A stretch of 64,000 nt of DNA from Malacoraja senta (lineage: Eukaryota): assembly GCA_038087875.1 (NCBI GenBank), contig CM075991.1:620001-684000 (forward strand), in the 5' to 3' direction. A program made the translations under genes and the position numbers. Shown piece after piece: positions 25,745-38,224 of this stretch (positions are counted from its first letter, which is position 1; each line of letters starts with the position of its first letter). Under the pieces are notes generated by a model, which was not told the origin of the DNA, did not search any database, and saw only the letters and a list, made by a program, of their open reading frames with translations.

Positions 25745-26195
25745 CTATTGTCTATAAATCGGTAGACACAAAATGCTGGAGTAACTCAATGGGACAGGCA
25801 GATTCTCTGGAGAGAAGGAATGGGCGACGTTTCGGGTCGAGACCCTTCTTCAGACTGATGTCAGGGGAGTGGGCGGGACAGAGATAGAACAGACAGTAGG
25901 ACTGGTGGGAAAACTGGGGAGGGGATGAAGAGAGGGAAAGCGAGGGCTATTTAAAGTTAGAGAAGTCAATGTTCATACCACTGGGGTGTGAGCTACCCAA
26001 GCGAAATATGAGGCGCTGGGTCTCACTCTGACAATGGAGGCGGCCCAGGACAGAAAGGTCAGATTGGGAATGGGAGGGGTGGGGGGGGGGGGTGGGGTTA
26101 AAGCGCTGAGCAACCGGGAGATCAGGTAGGTTTAGGCGGACTGAGCGAAGGTGTTGAGCGAAATGATCGCCAATCCTGCGCTTGGTCTCGCCGAT
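25745..26195 (-). mobile_element. Penelope-like element 3' fragment
   Basis: Antisense of the 14366-14810 family, with an intact hammerhead-like core at 25826-25853. Confidence 0.8.
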
Positions 26196-27110
26196 ATATA
26201 GGAGTATATACTGGAGAAACGCGACGGGTCGGACAGCATCCGTGGAGGGAAATGAAGAGATGTTGTGTTTGCTGGGACTTCATGAAGAAGAGCAGTGATA
26301 GAGGGGATACAGGGGAGGCCACCAGACTGAGTCGTGGGATGGAGGTAGAGTCGCTACCTCACAGCGCCAGAGACCCGGGTTCCATCCTGACTACGGGTGC
26401 TGTCTGTACGGATTCCCTATGTTCTCGCCGTGACCTGTGTGGGTTTCTCTGGGTGCTCCGGTTTCCTCCCACATTACAAAGACGTACAGGTTTGTAGGTT
26501 AATTGGCTTGGTATAATTGTAAACTGTCCCTCGTGTGTGTGGAATAGCGTTAATGTGCAGTGATCGCTGGTCGGCGTGGATGGTGGGCCGAATTGCCTGT
26601 TTCTGCGCTGTATCTCTATACTAAAGTAAACATCCACCATCCTGAGAAAAGTGACTGTGATTCTGCACCTCATAGTCGTTTTACTTTAGTTTAGAGATAC
26701 AGCTCCTTTGATTCACCGAGTCCGCGCCGACCAGCGACCCCCACACACCAGTACTATCCCAAACGATGTACAATGTTTACCGAAGATAATTAACCTACAA
26801 ACCTGCACGTCTTTGAAGTGTCTGAGGAACCCGGATAAACCCCGCGCAGTCACGGGGAGAATGTACCAACTCCATACAGACAGCACCCGTAGTCAGGATC
26901 GAACCCGGGTCTCTGACGCTGTAAGACAGCAACTCTCCAGCTGTGCCACCATGCCGCCCACCTCTGTGGTTGATGAGTGGCTGTTTTGTTCAGGACAGAG
27001 ATCCAGAGACATTTGGATATTAATGAATCACAAGATATGAGCTAAGAACCGGAAACCTTCAGGAGAAGGATCTCATTGGATGGCAGAGTGGGCAAGGACT
27101 TGAACGTAGT

Positions 27111-28140
27111 GTAGCAATGTTACAACATTTTGAGATTTTAAAAATCAAGTCTGCAATTTATCCCATCAGATAAAGCATAAAAAGAAGTTTAATTTGACAC
27201 CTAATTCACTTTCATATCTTCAGTATTAAAAAAGTTATGGCCATTTTCATAATCGGAAATTAGCATCTTGTTCCCTATTGCTTTTCCATTGACTTAACAC
27301 AAAAGCTGTGATCGAGGACAGTCAAAAGCCCATAACTTTCTTAAAAATTAAGAGAACTTAATGACATTTTCAGTTATTATAGATTGAAGCATTCTGAAAC
27401 AAATATGAAACAATCTTACTTGGATGACCTGAAATTAAAGCATATAAATAGTTAGTTACCCAATTGTAGCTAATTACAAAATTCAATTACTAGATCTAAA
27501 TATCCATTTCTTAAGAAAAAGTTAACATTTTTAAAAAGCCTAAGTGTCCAAATAACATTCACACAAGAATTCACAATATAACATTATTTTTAAATCTCAT
27601 TGTCATTAATTTATAGGCCAATTGGAAGGAATTTAGTGTTTAATTCCTGTAAATTAATGGGCATTTAAATCATCTTGCGAGTGGTTTTTGTGGAACACGC
27701 TGGTTTGGAACGTTGCGGTTGCAGTGAATGAAACCCCAATATCGGCAGGAAAAATACTGCAGGTGGTATATTTAAATAATCACATTTTCGCAACTTGAAA
27801 TTTTTATTAAAGGCATCCTAAGAAGCAACTTTATATGAAAAAATAAACGGCGTACCTTGCCTTGTCCCGTGCGTGAAATCCGTCCCGTTGACGGCATTTG
27901 AAGATGATTTTAATTTTACTCCAACAATTACATTATAAAGCGCTAATTTTAATAAACTTAATAAAACGACAGTCGAAGCGATTTTTCTTTAGCAGCTAAT
28001 TAATTGACAGACATCGATTTGAATAGGCTGCCGAAATATCGCATTTTAAATCCGCCCCCCTCTCAAAGGCGCCAATGTTGCGCACACGGGCCGTGACAGA
28101 ACTGCAGCGTTGCTGAAGGTAAGTTTTGTAACATACCTAT
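27111..28140. mobile_element. AT-rich non-autonomous DNA transposon with short imperfect TIRs
   Basis: Left end gtagcaatgttacaac, right end ttttgtaacatacctat; possible 3-bp TSD agt; abrupt change in base composition. Confidence 0.6.
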
Positions 28141-28901
28141 AGTAGTGCGCTGGCTCTTTATGTTTGAAGATTCATTGTCAGTAATATTCTCAAAGTGGCG
28201 ATGGGGCAGACACGATCTTTGGTAGGTTCTCACAAGCAGGAAGAGAACAGTACTGCACAGGTACAGGCTCTTCGGCCCACTATATCTGTGCTGAGCATGT
28301 TACCAAGTTAAATGAATCTGCCTGCATGTGGTCCATATTCATGCATTCCCTGCATGTCCATGTGCGGATCTAAAAGCCTCTTGAATGCCATTATCGTATC
28401 TACCTTCACCACCATTCCACAGCGTGGTCTAGGTACCCACCATCTTCACTGTGACAATAAAGTATTCCATCCCCAGCCTCGGCACGAGGTTTCGCGGGCA
28501 TTGGGGCTCTTGCGGGGAATTGTGTCTCACACCGAGCGAACGACCGGGCGGGCTGTGGCCGCGTTTGGCTCGGTACATGGGGTCACCGCTGGGCCGGGAG
28601 CACGGGGCCACACGGCGGCAGCGACAGGCCCTCACGACAGAGAAACAAGAACACGTTCAAGGATAGAAAACTCAACAAAAACATAAACAGAAAAGGTCCA
28701 CATCACTGAAGGATCATTCCCTGTATTTTAAAATTTTAAAACATCATTGTTGCAAATGATTAAACTGATATTATCAGTTTAATCATTTGCAACAATGATG
28801 TTTTTAAATTTTAAAATCAGTGATAACAGGATGAAACACATTCGAACTAATAAACATGGTGAGAGATCTGTCTCGGGCGTAGCGGTAGAGTTGCTGCCTT
28901 C

Positions 28902-29127
28902 AGGGCCTGTCCCACTTGGAGATTTTGCCAGCGTCATATCACTGTTGCCAAAAGATTTTGGACATTTCAAAATCCAGCGGTGACAAAAAAAATGTTGCGA
29001 CACTTGAAAAAACACCGCGCGTCATACATCATCAGCCTAGTCATACGTCCTCACCGCCACGTATTTGTCGGTCAGTCAATGATGCCGGCAGTCGCCGGAA
29101 AATAAATCGCCAAGTGGGACAGGCCAT
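28902..29127. mobile_element. PIF/Harbinger-like MITE inserted in an HE1 SINE head
   Basis: TIRs agggcctgtcccacttggagattt / aaatcgccaagtgggacaggccat; flanks ttc/tta (TTA-type TSD); the SINE reads through once it is removed. Confidence 0.8.
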
Positions 29128-29949
29128 TTACAGCGCCAGAGACCTGGGTTTGATCCGTACCGTCTGTACGGAGTTTATACGTTCTCCCTGGGTTTGCTCT
29201 GGTTTCCTCACACATTCCAAAGACGTGCAATTGTGTAGGCTTCTATAATTGTCCCTAGTGTGTGTAGGATGGTGCTAGTCTATCGGGGGGTTGCACGTAA
29301 GGTCATCAGGTCAAAGGGCGTGACGCACGGAGTAGCTCAATCTTTCTGGAGTACATGGCTGCTTCCGGCATACACTAGTAACATACGAAACATGTACGTT
29401 CTTACCTGATAGAAACCGGCAAAATGGTCCATTTTTGCGCTGTAAAATATTGTGGAAATAGAGGTAACCGTCAAGATCACTGCTGCTCACTGACTTGCGA
29501 ATGAGCAGCGTGCCGGCGGATTGAGGGCAAGTCCCGGCCCGGGGCTGGAGTCACCCTCCAGTCTGAACCCGAGCACCAAGGTGCAAGCGGCCGAAGGAGG
29601 GGATTCCTCGGGACAGCCCCCACTCTCCCCCCCGGGTTCAGCGCTGCACCAGCACCCGGCCGCCCTCCGCCCCGTCTCCCCGTCTCCCCCTGTGCAGCCG
29701 CACTGTGACGGGCTGTGGGTCGGCAGCGCCGGGTGGAGCGGGGAACCCGGCAACGTCCCCGTCAGCTGCACCAGAGTTGGGGACAGTCTGGTCCCTCCGC
29801 CCACCCAGAGTCACTGGCCGCGCTGCACCAGCACTGGACCCCGACCCCCACACGGGGTGATTCCCCTCCCCCCTCGGGTGCCGAGCGTTTCAGCCGCCAA
29901 ACACCGGCCGCGGGGACAGACGGCCCGGGGTCCGCGAATGTGGAACAAT

Positions 29950-30149
29950 NNNNNNNNNNNNNNNNNNNNNNNNNNNNNNNNNNNNNNNNNNNNNNNNNNN
30001 NNNNNNNNNNNNNNNNNNNNNNNNNNNNNNNNNNNNNNNNNNNNNNNNNNNNNNNNNNNNNNNNNNNNNNNNNNNNNNNNNNNNNNNNNNNNNNNNNNNN
30101 NNNNNNNNNNNNNNNNNNNNNNNNNNNNNNNNNNNNNNNNNNNNNNNNN
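29950..30149. other. Assembly gap (200 N)
   Basis: Run of N. Confidence 1.
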
Positions 30150-30505
30150 AATGTGACCTATTCCCTTTTCTCCAGAGATGTAGTCTGACCCGCTGAGTTA
30201 CTCCAGATTTTTGTGTCTAGCTCGATTGTAAACATGTATAGTCTTTCTGCTGACTGGATGGCACGCAACTAAAAAACGTTTCATTGCATCTCGGTGCACG
30301 TGACCATAAACTGAACTAAACTATTGGATGATAGTAGATCCTCCTCCAGGAACAGCGCACAAAGAATTGCCACGCTCTGGAGCCATTTAATCTTATAGTT
30401 GATGTGCGGGTCAAGTCCACAAGTATATACATTGAATCCATAGGTTTTAGTTTGCAGGTCTGTAATGCTAATGACTGTGGATGCTTATCTTTAATTTCCA
30501 CGAAG

Positions 30506-30592
30506 GCTTGGCTGAATGAGAAGTTTTCTCCCGACCTTCTGGAATGTAAATCTGAAATTGTCGAATGTGTCATGGAACAGCTGGATCATATG
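30506..30592 (+). CDS. GINS4: GINS4 (SLD5) coding exon (87 nt); upstream first coding exon not visible
   Basis: cgaAG|GCT...CATATG|GTaact; AWLNEKFSPDLLECKSEIVECVMEQLDHM, compare human AWMNEKFAPELLESKPEIVECVMEQLEHM. Confidence 0.96.
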
Positions 30593-31793
30593 GTAACTAA
30601 ACAGTTATTCATTTGGCATAGGATGGCCAGCGAAAGATGCCCAGTTTTCAGTGTGGTTAAAATGGCCCTTCCATCCTTAGAGTCCATCTAATCTGGGAGG
30701 AAGAAATCTGTGTGGTCACAGGTTGAGCAGGCAACTCTGCAAGGGTGGCACAGCGGTAGAGTTGCTGCCTTACAGCACCAGAGACCCGGGATCAATGCTG
30801 ACTACAGGTGTGGTCCGTACGGAGTTTGTATCTTCTCCCGGTGACCCTGTGGGTTTTCTCCAGGTGCACCAGTTTCCGCCCACATTCCACAGACATGCGC
30901 GTTTGTAGATTAGTTGGTTTCTGTAAAGGGTAAATTGTCCCCAGTGTGTACGGGGTGATCGCCGGTCAGCGCATACTCAGTGGGCCGAAGGGCCTGTTTC
31001 CACGCTTTATCCCCACAAGGGTTGCAGCAGAGGTTAAGATTAAACCCAGGGTGCTGGAGCTGTGAGGCAGTGGCACCACCGGGTGCATGACAGAATTATA
31101 TATACATTTTTTTAAATCAATGCCATTGTGTTGATGATCTGCTCTCTCCGGAGGGTCCCCTCTCTAGCGTGGGATGGTTCGGGTAATGCCCTCACTGTTT
31201 ATGTCCACTGTCGACCAGCTACTGTACGTGGGGCCCGCACCCACTGGACGTTACCCCGTCCAAACTCCCACTCACTGGCACCAAGCAAACGTGAAGAATG
31301 ATTCTTCTGATGGACCAGATGATTTGCTGTGAAATAGAGGCTTGTATTAACACAGTGCTTTTGTAACTGCATCGTAAAGCACATAGAGTCATAGAGTGAT
31401 ACAGTGTTGAAACAGGCCCTTCGGCCCAACTTGCCCACACCGGCAAACATATCCCAGCTACACTAGTCCCACTGCCTGCGCACGGCCCATATCCCTCCAA
31501 ACCTGTCCTATCTATGTACCTGTTTAACTGTTTCTTAAACGTTGGGTTAGTCCCAGCCTAACTACCTCCTCTGGCAGCTTGTTACCTTCACCCACCACCC
31601 TCTGTCTTTTCCCTTCACCTTATTTTAAAGCATTGTAGGAATGCTTGCAAATAGTGAGCTCAAAATGGATCAATGTGATATTAAACAGTTGAACTGTTTT
31701 GGTGATGTTGTTGAAGGATAAATATTGATTGGGACTGGTGTAACTCCACTCCATTGTGAGATAATGGATCCATACTCCATTTCTAGTATTTAA

Positions 31794-31932
31794 AGGCCTA
31801 TCTATCCCCTTTTGCGACATTTGAGGAAACCCTGCGTCAATACGACGTCACGCTGCGACTTTTTCGGTCACCTGATACGTCAGTCAATGATGCCGACAGT
31901 CGCCGAAAAAATTGCCACGTGGGACAGGCCCT
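31794..31932. mobile_element. Second, internally deleted copy of the same Harbinger-like MITE
   Basis: taa|aggccta...gtgggacaggccct|taa; shares tcagtcaatgatgccg-cagtcgccg with 29071-29098. Confidence 0.75.
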
Positions 31933-32099
31933 TAAACTCCCTGGAGGAACATTCCTGTCTGGGCTATTGATGGCCAGTACCCTTTGGTTCATGCATTTTT
32001 CTCCTCCTTTTTAGTGTAACTCATTTATTTTATGCAGACATAAGTATCTGTGGGAATAACGATGTATGAATTGCTTTTTGTAATAATGTGGGTTTACAG

Positions 32100-32213
32100 G
32101 AAAAGAACTTGCAGCGGGCCAAGAAAGGAGACCTGAAAATCACCGTTCACAGGATGGAAATGGAGAGGATTCGTTACGTCCTCAGCAGCTATTTAAGGTC
32201 CCGGTTACGAAAG
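32100..32213 (+). CDS. GINS4: GINS4 coding exon (114 nt)
   Basis: ttacAG|GAA...CGAAAG|GTatgc; EKNLQRAKKGDLKITVHRMEMERIRYVLSSYLRSRLRK. Confidence 0.96.
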
Positions 32214-32492
32214 GTATGCTGTTAATGCCTTTATTCCGGAGCAGAAAATGTGTTGATGTTGAGAGGGGAATGGAGGGATTAGTGCAAAATACTACAGCTT
32301 TTTTAGTTTGTCAAATTGGACTTGTGTGTGGCCATTTTATTCTGCAAATTAAATTCTCAAAGAAAAGCATTACATATTCTTGAAAAGCACTAAACAAGTT
32401 AAATAAGTCTATAATTCAGGCATTTTATTTTTGACTATTTGTAAAGAAATTGCACCTTTGGAGCAAAAATACTGTTCATCCTCAATTTCCAG

Positions 32493-32590
32493 ATAGAGAA
32501 GTTTTTTCCTCACATTCTGGAGAAGGAGAGGTCCCGTCCGGAGACAGAGCCTTCGTTTTTATCTGCACAAGAGGTTGCTTTTGCGAAAGA
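32493..32590 (+). CDS. GINS4: GINS4 coding exon (98 nt)
   Basis: ttccAG|ATA...AAAGA|GTgagt; IEKFFPHILEKERSRPETEPSFLSAQEVAFAK(E). Confidence 0.96.
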
Positions 32591-33502
32591 GTGAGTACTG
32601 TAAAGATGCACTGTTTCCATTGCAAGGAAGAGTAAATCAGACAGTGTCAATAAATGCTAATCCCTCAGTTTAAAATTTCTCTGAACTCTGTGGAAAGCCA
32701 GCGATCCAGCAGGACATTTTGAGAACGATTTTCATCTGGAATGGTGAGAAAGTTGACCTCATCACCACAGATGGTGGGTGTCTGTGAATCATATAACTGG
32801 CCGTTTAACTCGAGGAGACGTCATAAGCTTCAGTGAAGCCAGAATGGCCATTTCTGAAAAGAACACGTGCTGGAGAAACTCAGCAGGTCAGACAGCATAT
32901 CTGGAGAACATGAATTGTATTATTATAGACAATAGGTGCAGGAGTAGGCCATTCGGCCCTTCGAGCCAGCATCGCCATTCAATGTGATCATGGCTGATCA
33001 TCCACAATCAGTACCCCATTCCTGCCTTCTCCCCATATCCCCTATCTTTAAGAGCCCTATCTAGCTCTCTCTTGACAGTATCCAGGGAACCGGCCTTCAC
33101 CGCCCTCTGAGGCTGAGAATTCCACAGACTCTGACCTATTCTGACCTATTTTGCAAGTGCAAGATCTTGCTGATTGTGATAGTCTGAAAGTTTCAGTGTG
33201 CTTGCCCAGTCTATATCATTAACACACACGTTGATGTGTCCTGTTGCCATATGTGTTCCTGGGCCTTTGTCCAGAAGCTGGGAACTTGCTGAGAAGCAAC
33301 TGTTTCCAACAGTATTTTGGGAACTGGGATGAAAAGACCACGGATGTGATGTTTGGGGCAGAAGGTGTAGAACCTTGCGCCTGAACTTGGACTAGATTGC
33401 TGGTTTGCTCCGGAAGTTCAAATGCCTCAAGTAACTAGTTGCTTGTGGCGCTCATTGCTGTTGATTCCATCTCGCTGCATTGCTCAATGCTTTGCCTCCT
33501 AG

Positions 33503-33591
33503 ATACGCATCAAACTGTGAATCTCACCTGAAGAACCTGGCCCTGAAACGCATGCCTCCCAATCTGCAAGCACTGGACGTGATAAAGGCTG
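33503..33591 (+). CDS. GINS4: GINS4 coding exon (89 nt)
   Basis: cctAG|A TAC...GCT G|GTgagt; YASNCESHLKNLALKRMPPNLQALDVIKA. Confidence 0.95.
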
Positions 33592-33744
33592 GTGAGTGGT
33601 CTTCTGTTGAGCCAGGTTAATGAGCATGGTGGGCCTGATGTGGTGAAGTGTGGTTACCAATGCAAGGCCTATTGTGGGTCAGGCAGCCGAATTTAGTCTG
33701 GATCAGTGCACGATTATGCCGCGATTATTACAGGGCCATATTGT

Positions 33745-36700
33745 AACTGACATTTACTGAGGTAATACGGGTCGAGCTAAGCAGAACAAGGTGCTATCAC
33801 CATGATGGGGTTATACTGCAGGCCTCCCTTTAGCCAGCAGGAGATATAATAACAGATCGATGTGTTGAAAGATAATGGAAAGATTGTTGTACAAATCCAC
33901 CCTTGGTTCCAGAGTCTTTTTGCCGGACCAACAGAGGTCATGGCCTCCAAGTTGAATCCAACGGTGCCAGAACCGTTTGCCTGGGCCACCAAGGGACCAA
34001 GATAACAGCCCGCAAAGTCCAGCCGTAGAAATCGGCTATGGGAACGGATCTGCTGGTTTTGTCCGGGCTATGGGAACGGATCTGCCAGGGAGAAAATTAG
34101 AGCCGCCGACCGGCCTCGGAACGAAATTATGGGAACAGTACTGCCAGTTTTGGCCGGGCCGGACTTCCAGAACCCTGGCCACAGGGGACAGATTCGACCC
34201 GCTGATCGAATTTCCATGATGGACGTTCCAATGGGGTTGAGATCAGCCGCCTTACCCAGACAAACACCGCATTTTCGGGGGGACATCCAAGGGTATTCCA
34301 AGCGTGCTCTCGTAATTGTGTCCGGATCAAAGAGGGGGCAGACCACCTGTTGCAGGAAAATCTGCGGTGGACCTTCAGTGGGTGGCTTTAACTTCCCCTA
34401 TATTGGTCGAGACTTCCTTACTGCACACGGTTTAGGGGCAGAATTTGTTAGAGGGTCCAGGAGAGTTTCTTCAAATAGTCCAACCAGGTAGGGGCCTTAA
34501 TAAACCTCGTGTTGGGAAACAAGCCTGGCCAAGGGATCGCAGTTTCAGTGGGGGAGCATTTTGAGAACAGTGATCGCAACTCTTTAAGTTTAAGAAAGAA
34601 CTGCAGATGCTGGAAAAATCGCAGGTAGACCAAAATGCTGGAGAAACTCAGCGGGTGAGGCAGCATCTATGGAGCGAAGAAGGGTCTCGACCCGAAACGT
34701 CGCCTATTCCTTCGCTCTATAGATGCTGCCTCACCCGCCGAGTTTCTCCAGCAACTCTTTAAGTGTTAAGATAGTAAAATATTGTCGTGGAAAGTGCTGA
34801 ATTGGGGGAAGTCAATTTACATTATTATTGGGCAGGAGCTAGGAAGAGGCTGGAAAAGTGGGAGCAGCCCAGTGGGTATGTCCACATCTGACATGTGGAA
34901 ATTGTTTGAAGACCAGCATGTACCAGGGAGATAGGATGGCAGGGTTTGAGAACCTTGGATGGTGAGAGATGTGGCTAATGCAGTCACAAAGATAAAGGAG
35001 CATAGGTTTAGCTGAATCAGACAAGGATTTTTCAGGAATCCAAACAGGGCAGGAAACAACTTAAGCAGGTAATCAATAGGGCCATAAAAGGGTCATGAAA
35101 TGTTCTTGGCAAATGGGATTGCGGAAAATTGAAATGCATTGTAGACATAGAGTGATACAGTGTGGAAACAGGCCCTTCGGCCCAACTTGCCCACACCGGC
35201 CAACATGTCCCAGCTACATTAGTCCCACCGTATCCCTCCAAATCCATGTATTGTCTAACTGTTTCTTAAATGTTTGGATAGTCCCTGCCTCAACTACCTC
35301 CTCTGGCAGCTTGTTCCATACACCCACCACCCTTTGTGTGAAAAAGGTACCCCTCAGATTCCTATTAAATCTTTTCCCCTTCACCTTAAACCTATGTCCT
35401 CGTCTTCGATTCTCCTCCTCTGGGCAAGAGATTCTGCATCTACCTGATCTATTCCTCTCCTGATTTTATACACATCTATATAAAATCACCTCTCATCCTC
35501 CTGCGCCTCAAGGAATAGAATCCCAGCCTACTCAACCTCTCCCTACAGTTCAGACCCTCTAGTCCTGGCAACATCCTCATAAATCTTCTCTGAACCCTTT
35601 CCAGCTTGACAGCATATTTTCTAGCTCATGGTGCCCAGAACTGAACAGAATACTCGAAATGCGGCCTCACCAACATCTTATACCACAGCAAGGTAAACAC
35701 AAAATGCTGAAGTAACGTAGACAGGCAGCATCTCTGGAGAGAAGGAATGGGTGATGTTTCGGGTCGAAACCCTTCTTCAGACTGCAACATGCCCTCCCAA
35801 CTTCTATACTCAATACTCTGGCTGATGAAGGCCAATGTGCCAAAAGCCTTTTTGACCACCTTATCTACCTGCAGCTCCACCTTCGAGGAACCATGCACCT
35901 GTATTCCTAGATCACTCTGCTCGACAACACTCCCCAAAGCCCTACCATTCAATGTGTCGGTCCTGCCCATGTTAGACTTCCCAAAGTGCAACATCTCAAG
36001 TTTCTCTGTATTAAATTCCATCAACCATTCCTCAGCCCACCTGGCCGATCGATCAAAATCCTTCTGCAATTTTCCACAACCATCTTCCCTGTGCAAAACC
36101 ACCTGCTTTTGTATCATATATTAAGAACTAGAGGGTAAGGAAGGAGAGGATAGGACCACTCAATGACAAAGGTGGTAGTTTGTGCCTGGGGTAGAGGAAG
36201 TGGGTGGGGTATAAAACAAGTACTTTACATCGGTATTCACCAAGGAAAAGGACATGGAGGATAGTCAGACAATTGTGGGGTATGCTTGCCTATGGCATGT
36301 TCAGGTCAAGGAAGTAGCGTGAAGTCTATTGAAGAATGTTCAAGTTGCCAAGTCCCCAGGGCGTGACGTGATCATGTTATTGAGACCAGGTGAGGTCCCA
36401 GAGGACTGGAGGGTAGCCAATGTTTCTTTAAGAGGAGGAATGGAGGTAATCCAGCAAATTCCAGGTAGACAAACCTCCAGTCAGTGATAGAGAAGCTATT
36501 GGAGAGGATTCTCAGGGATAGGATTTACTTGCATTTGGGAAAAGCAGGAGCTTATTCGGGATAGTTAGCACGGTTTTATGCAGGGCAGCTCGTGTCTCAG
36601 GAATTTCATTGAGCTCTTTGTGGTGATTATAGAATGATTATGGGTAGGGCAGTGGATGTTTAATAAGGCATTTGACAAAGTACCTCGTGGTAGGCTGATC

Positions 36701-37380
36701 CAGAAGATTAGGATCTTTGGGAGATTTGATGTACAGAGTAATCTTTGGGGTGCAAATTCATAGTTCCCAGGAAGTAGCTAGGTCAGGTGGTATGCTTGCC
36801 TTCAATGGTTGTGGCATTGAGTATAAAAGTCAGGAATTCATGTTGCAACTGTATAAAACTTTGTTTGGGCCACATATTGAGTATCGTATGGAGTTCTGGT
36901 CGCCCTGTTACAGGAACGGTGAGAAGGCTTTGAAGCAGATGCTGAAGAGGTTTACCAGAATGCTGCAGCTGCTGCTGTAGAAGGTGTTAGCTAAAAGGAG
37001 GGGTTGGACAGACTTGGATTGTTGGAGATTGAGGGCGTGACCTGATAAATGAATATAAAATGATGAGGCCTAGTCAGGCTCGACAGTCGGAACCTTTTTC
37101 TCAGGGTGGAAATCTCAAATACCAGAGGTCATCGCTGTAAGATAAGAGGGGTAAAGTTAAAGGAGATGTGCAACGTAAGGTTTTATTCCAGTGGTGGTAC
37201 TTGGAACATGCTCTACTATCCAAGGAGGATAGTAAAAGCAGATATGATCATGTGATTTAAGAGGCATGAGGAAATGCAGGGAATAGAGGGACTGCGTTCA
37301 GGCAGATGGGGGTAGTTTCATTTGGCATCATGGGCTTCACATACTCTGGTCGAAGGTCCTGTTCCCATGCTGCATTCTAT
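33745..37380 (+). mobile_element. Old, fragmented CR1 ORF2 (APE through RT), interrupted by younger inserts including an antisense CR1 at about 35145-36115
   Basis: Remnant motifs GLYCRPP, GFNFPYI, AEFVR, KAFDKVP, LYKTLFGPHIEY in colinear order. Confidence 0.7.
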
Positions 37381-38036
37381 GTTCTTTCAAATTCTAAATC
37401 TCTTATTTGAAAAATATATTTTATTGGAAAGTAAACTTTTAGGAGTGAAGTACCTCATTTATTGTGAGTGTTGTGAATCTGCTGAGTAATGTCAAGGCAT
37501 GAGGAGCCAGAAGGCATGGGAGTAAGTAGGGAAGTGGGGTGACGGACAAGTTGACATCTTGCTGAGAGCTGCAGGATGTTCAATGGGCAGTCCTGGCCTT
37601 CATAAACCACTGAAATCAATCCTGTTCTGGAGTCATTGTGTTGCATTTTCCTGCTATTACATGGTATTTTGGGAATTCCCACCCTCTGGGCCCTCCCCAG
37701 GAGCCCTTGAGAGGTGAAACAAAGTTATTAACAATACTGAGACTCCCACCTCAGGGATGTTATGATCCCAGGAAAAGGACTGATTTTCTGTAACACAAAG
37801 CCATATCATCTGCGCGTGCATTAACAAATGTGGCGTACATTCGATAAATAGTTTATTTATTTTCTCTTTTTTTAAATTCCATATCCCAGATTTTTTGGTA
37901 CTGGTTTGTGAATTCTGTAAGGGTGAATTTCCGCTCGCCAAACTGCATTAACATGTGTGTCGCCTGTAGATGTCTTTAATTCATCGTAACCTTCTGCCAA
38001 TGGACTCTGTTGAACGTGCTCATTTTTCTGCCCCAG

Positions 38037-38127
38037 TTGCCAAGCCCAACCTGGATTCGTTTGTGTTTCTGCGAGTCAAGGAGAAGCAAGAGAACGTGCT
38101 GGTGGAGCCGGAGACAGGCGATCAGAG
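38037..38127 (+). CDS. GINS4: GINS4 coding exon (91 nt)
   Basis: ccccAG|TT...CAGAG|GTagga; (V)AKPNLDSFVFLRVKEKQENVLVEPETGDQ(R). Confidence 0.96.
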
Positions 38128-38224
38128 GTAGGAGAGTAGAGTAGATGCTGGAATACTCTGCTCTGCACCCCGAGAACACAACGCTCCAATACCATCTATG
38201 TCCATGATTTGGGGGAGAAGGTAC

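Noticed and set aside
29521..30188. ORFs spanning the N run
   Set aside because: Artefacts of the gap and high GC; no similarity to the GINS4 N-terminus
34380..34440. Gypsy protease-like motif (IGRDFLTAHGL)
   Set aside because: Flanking GFNFPY and GAEFVR identify it as degraded CR1 endonuclease sequence
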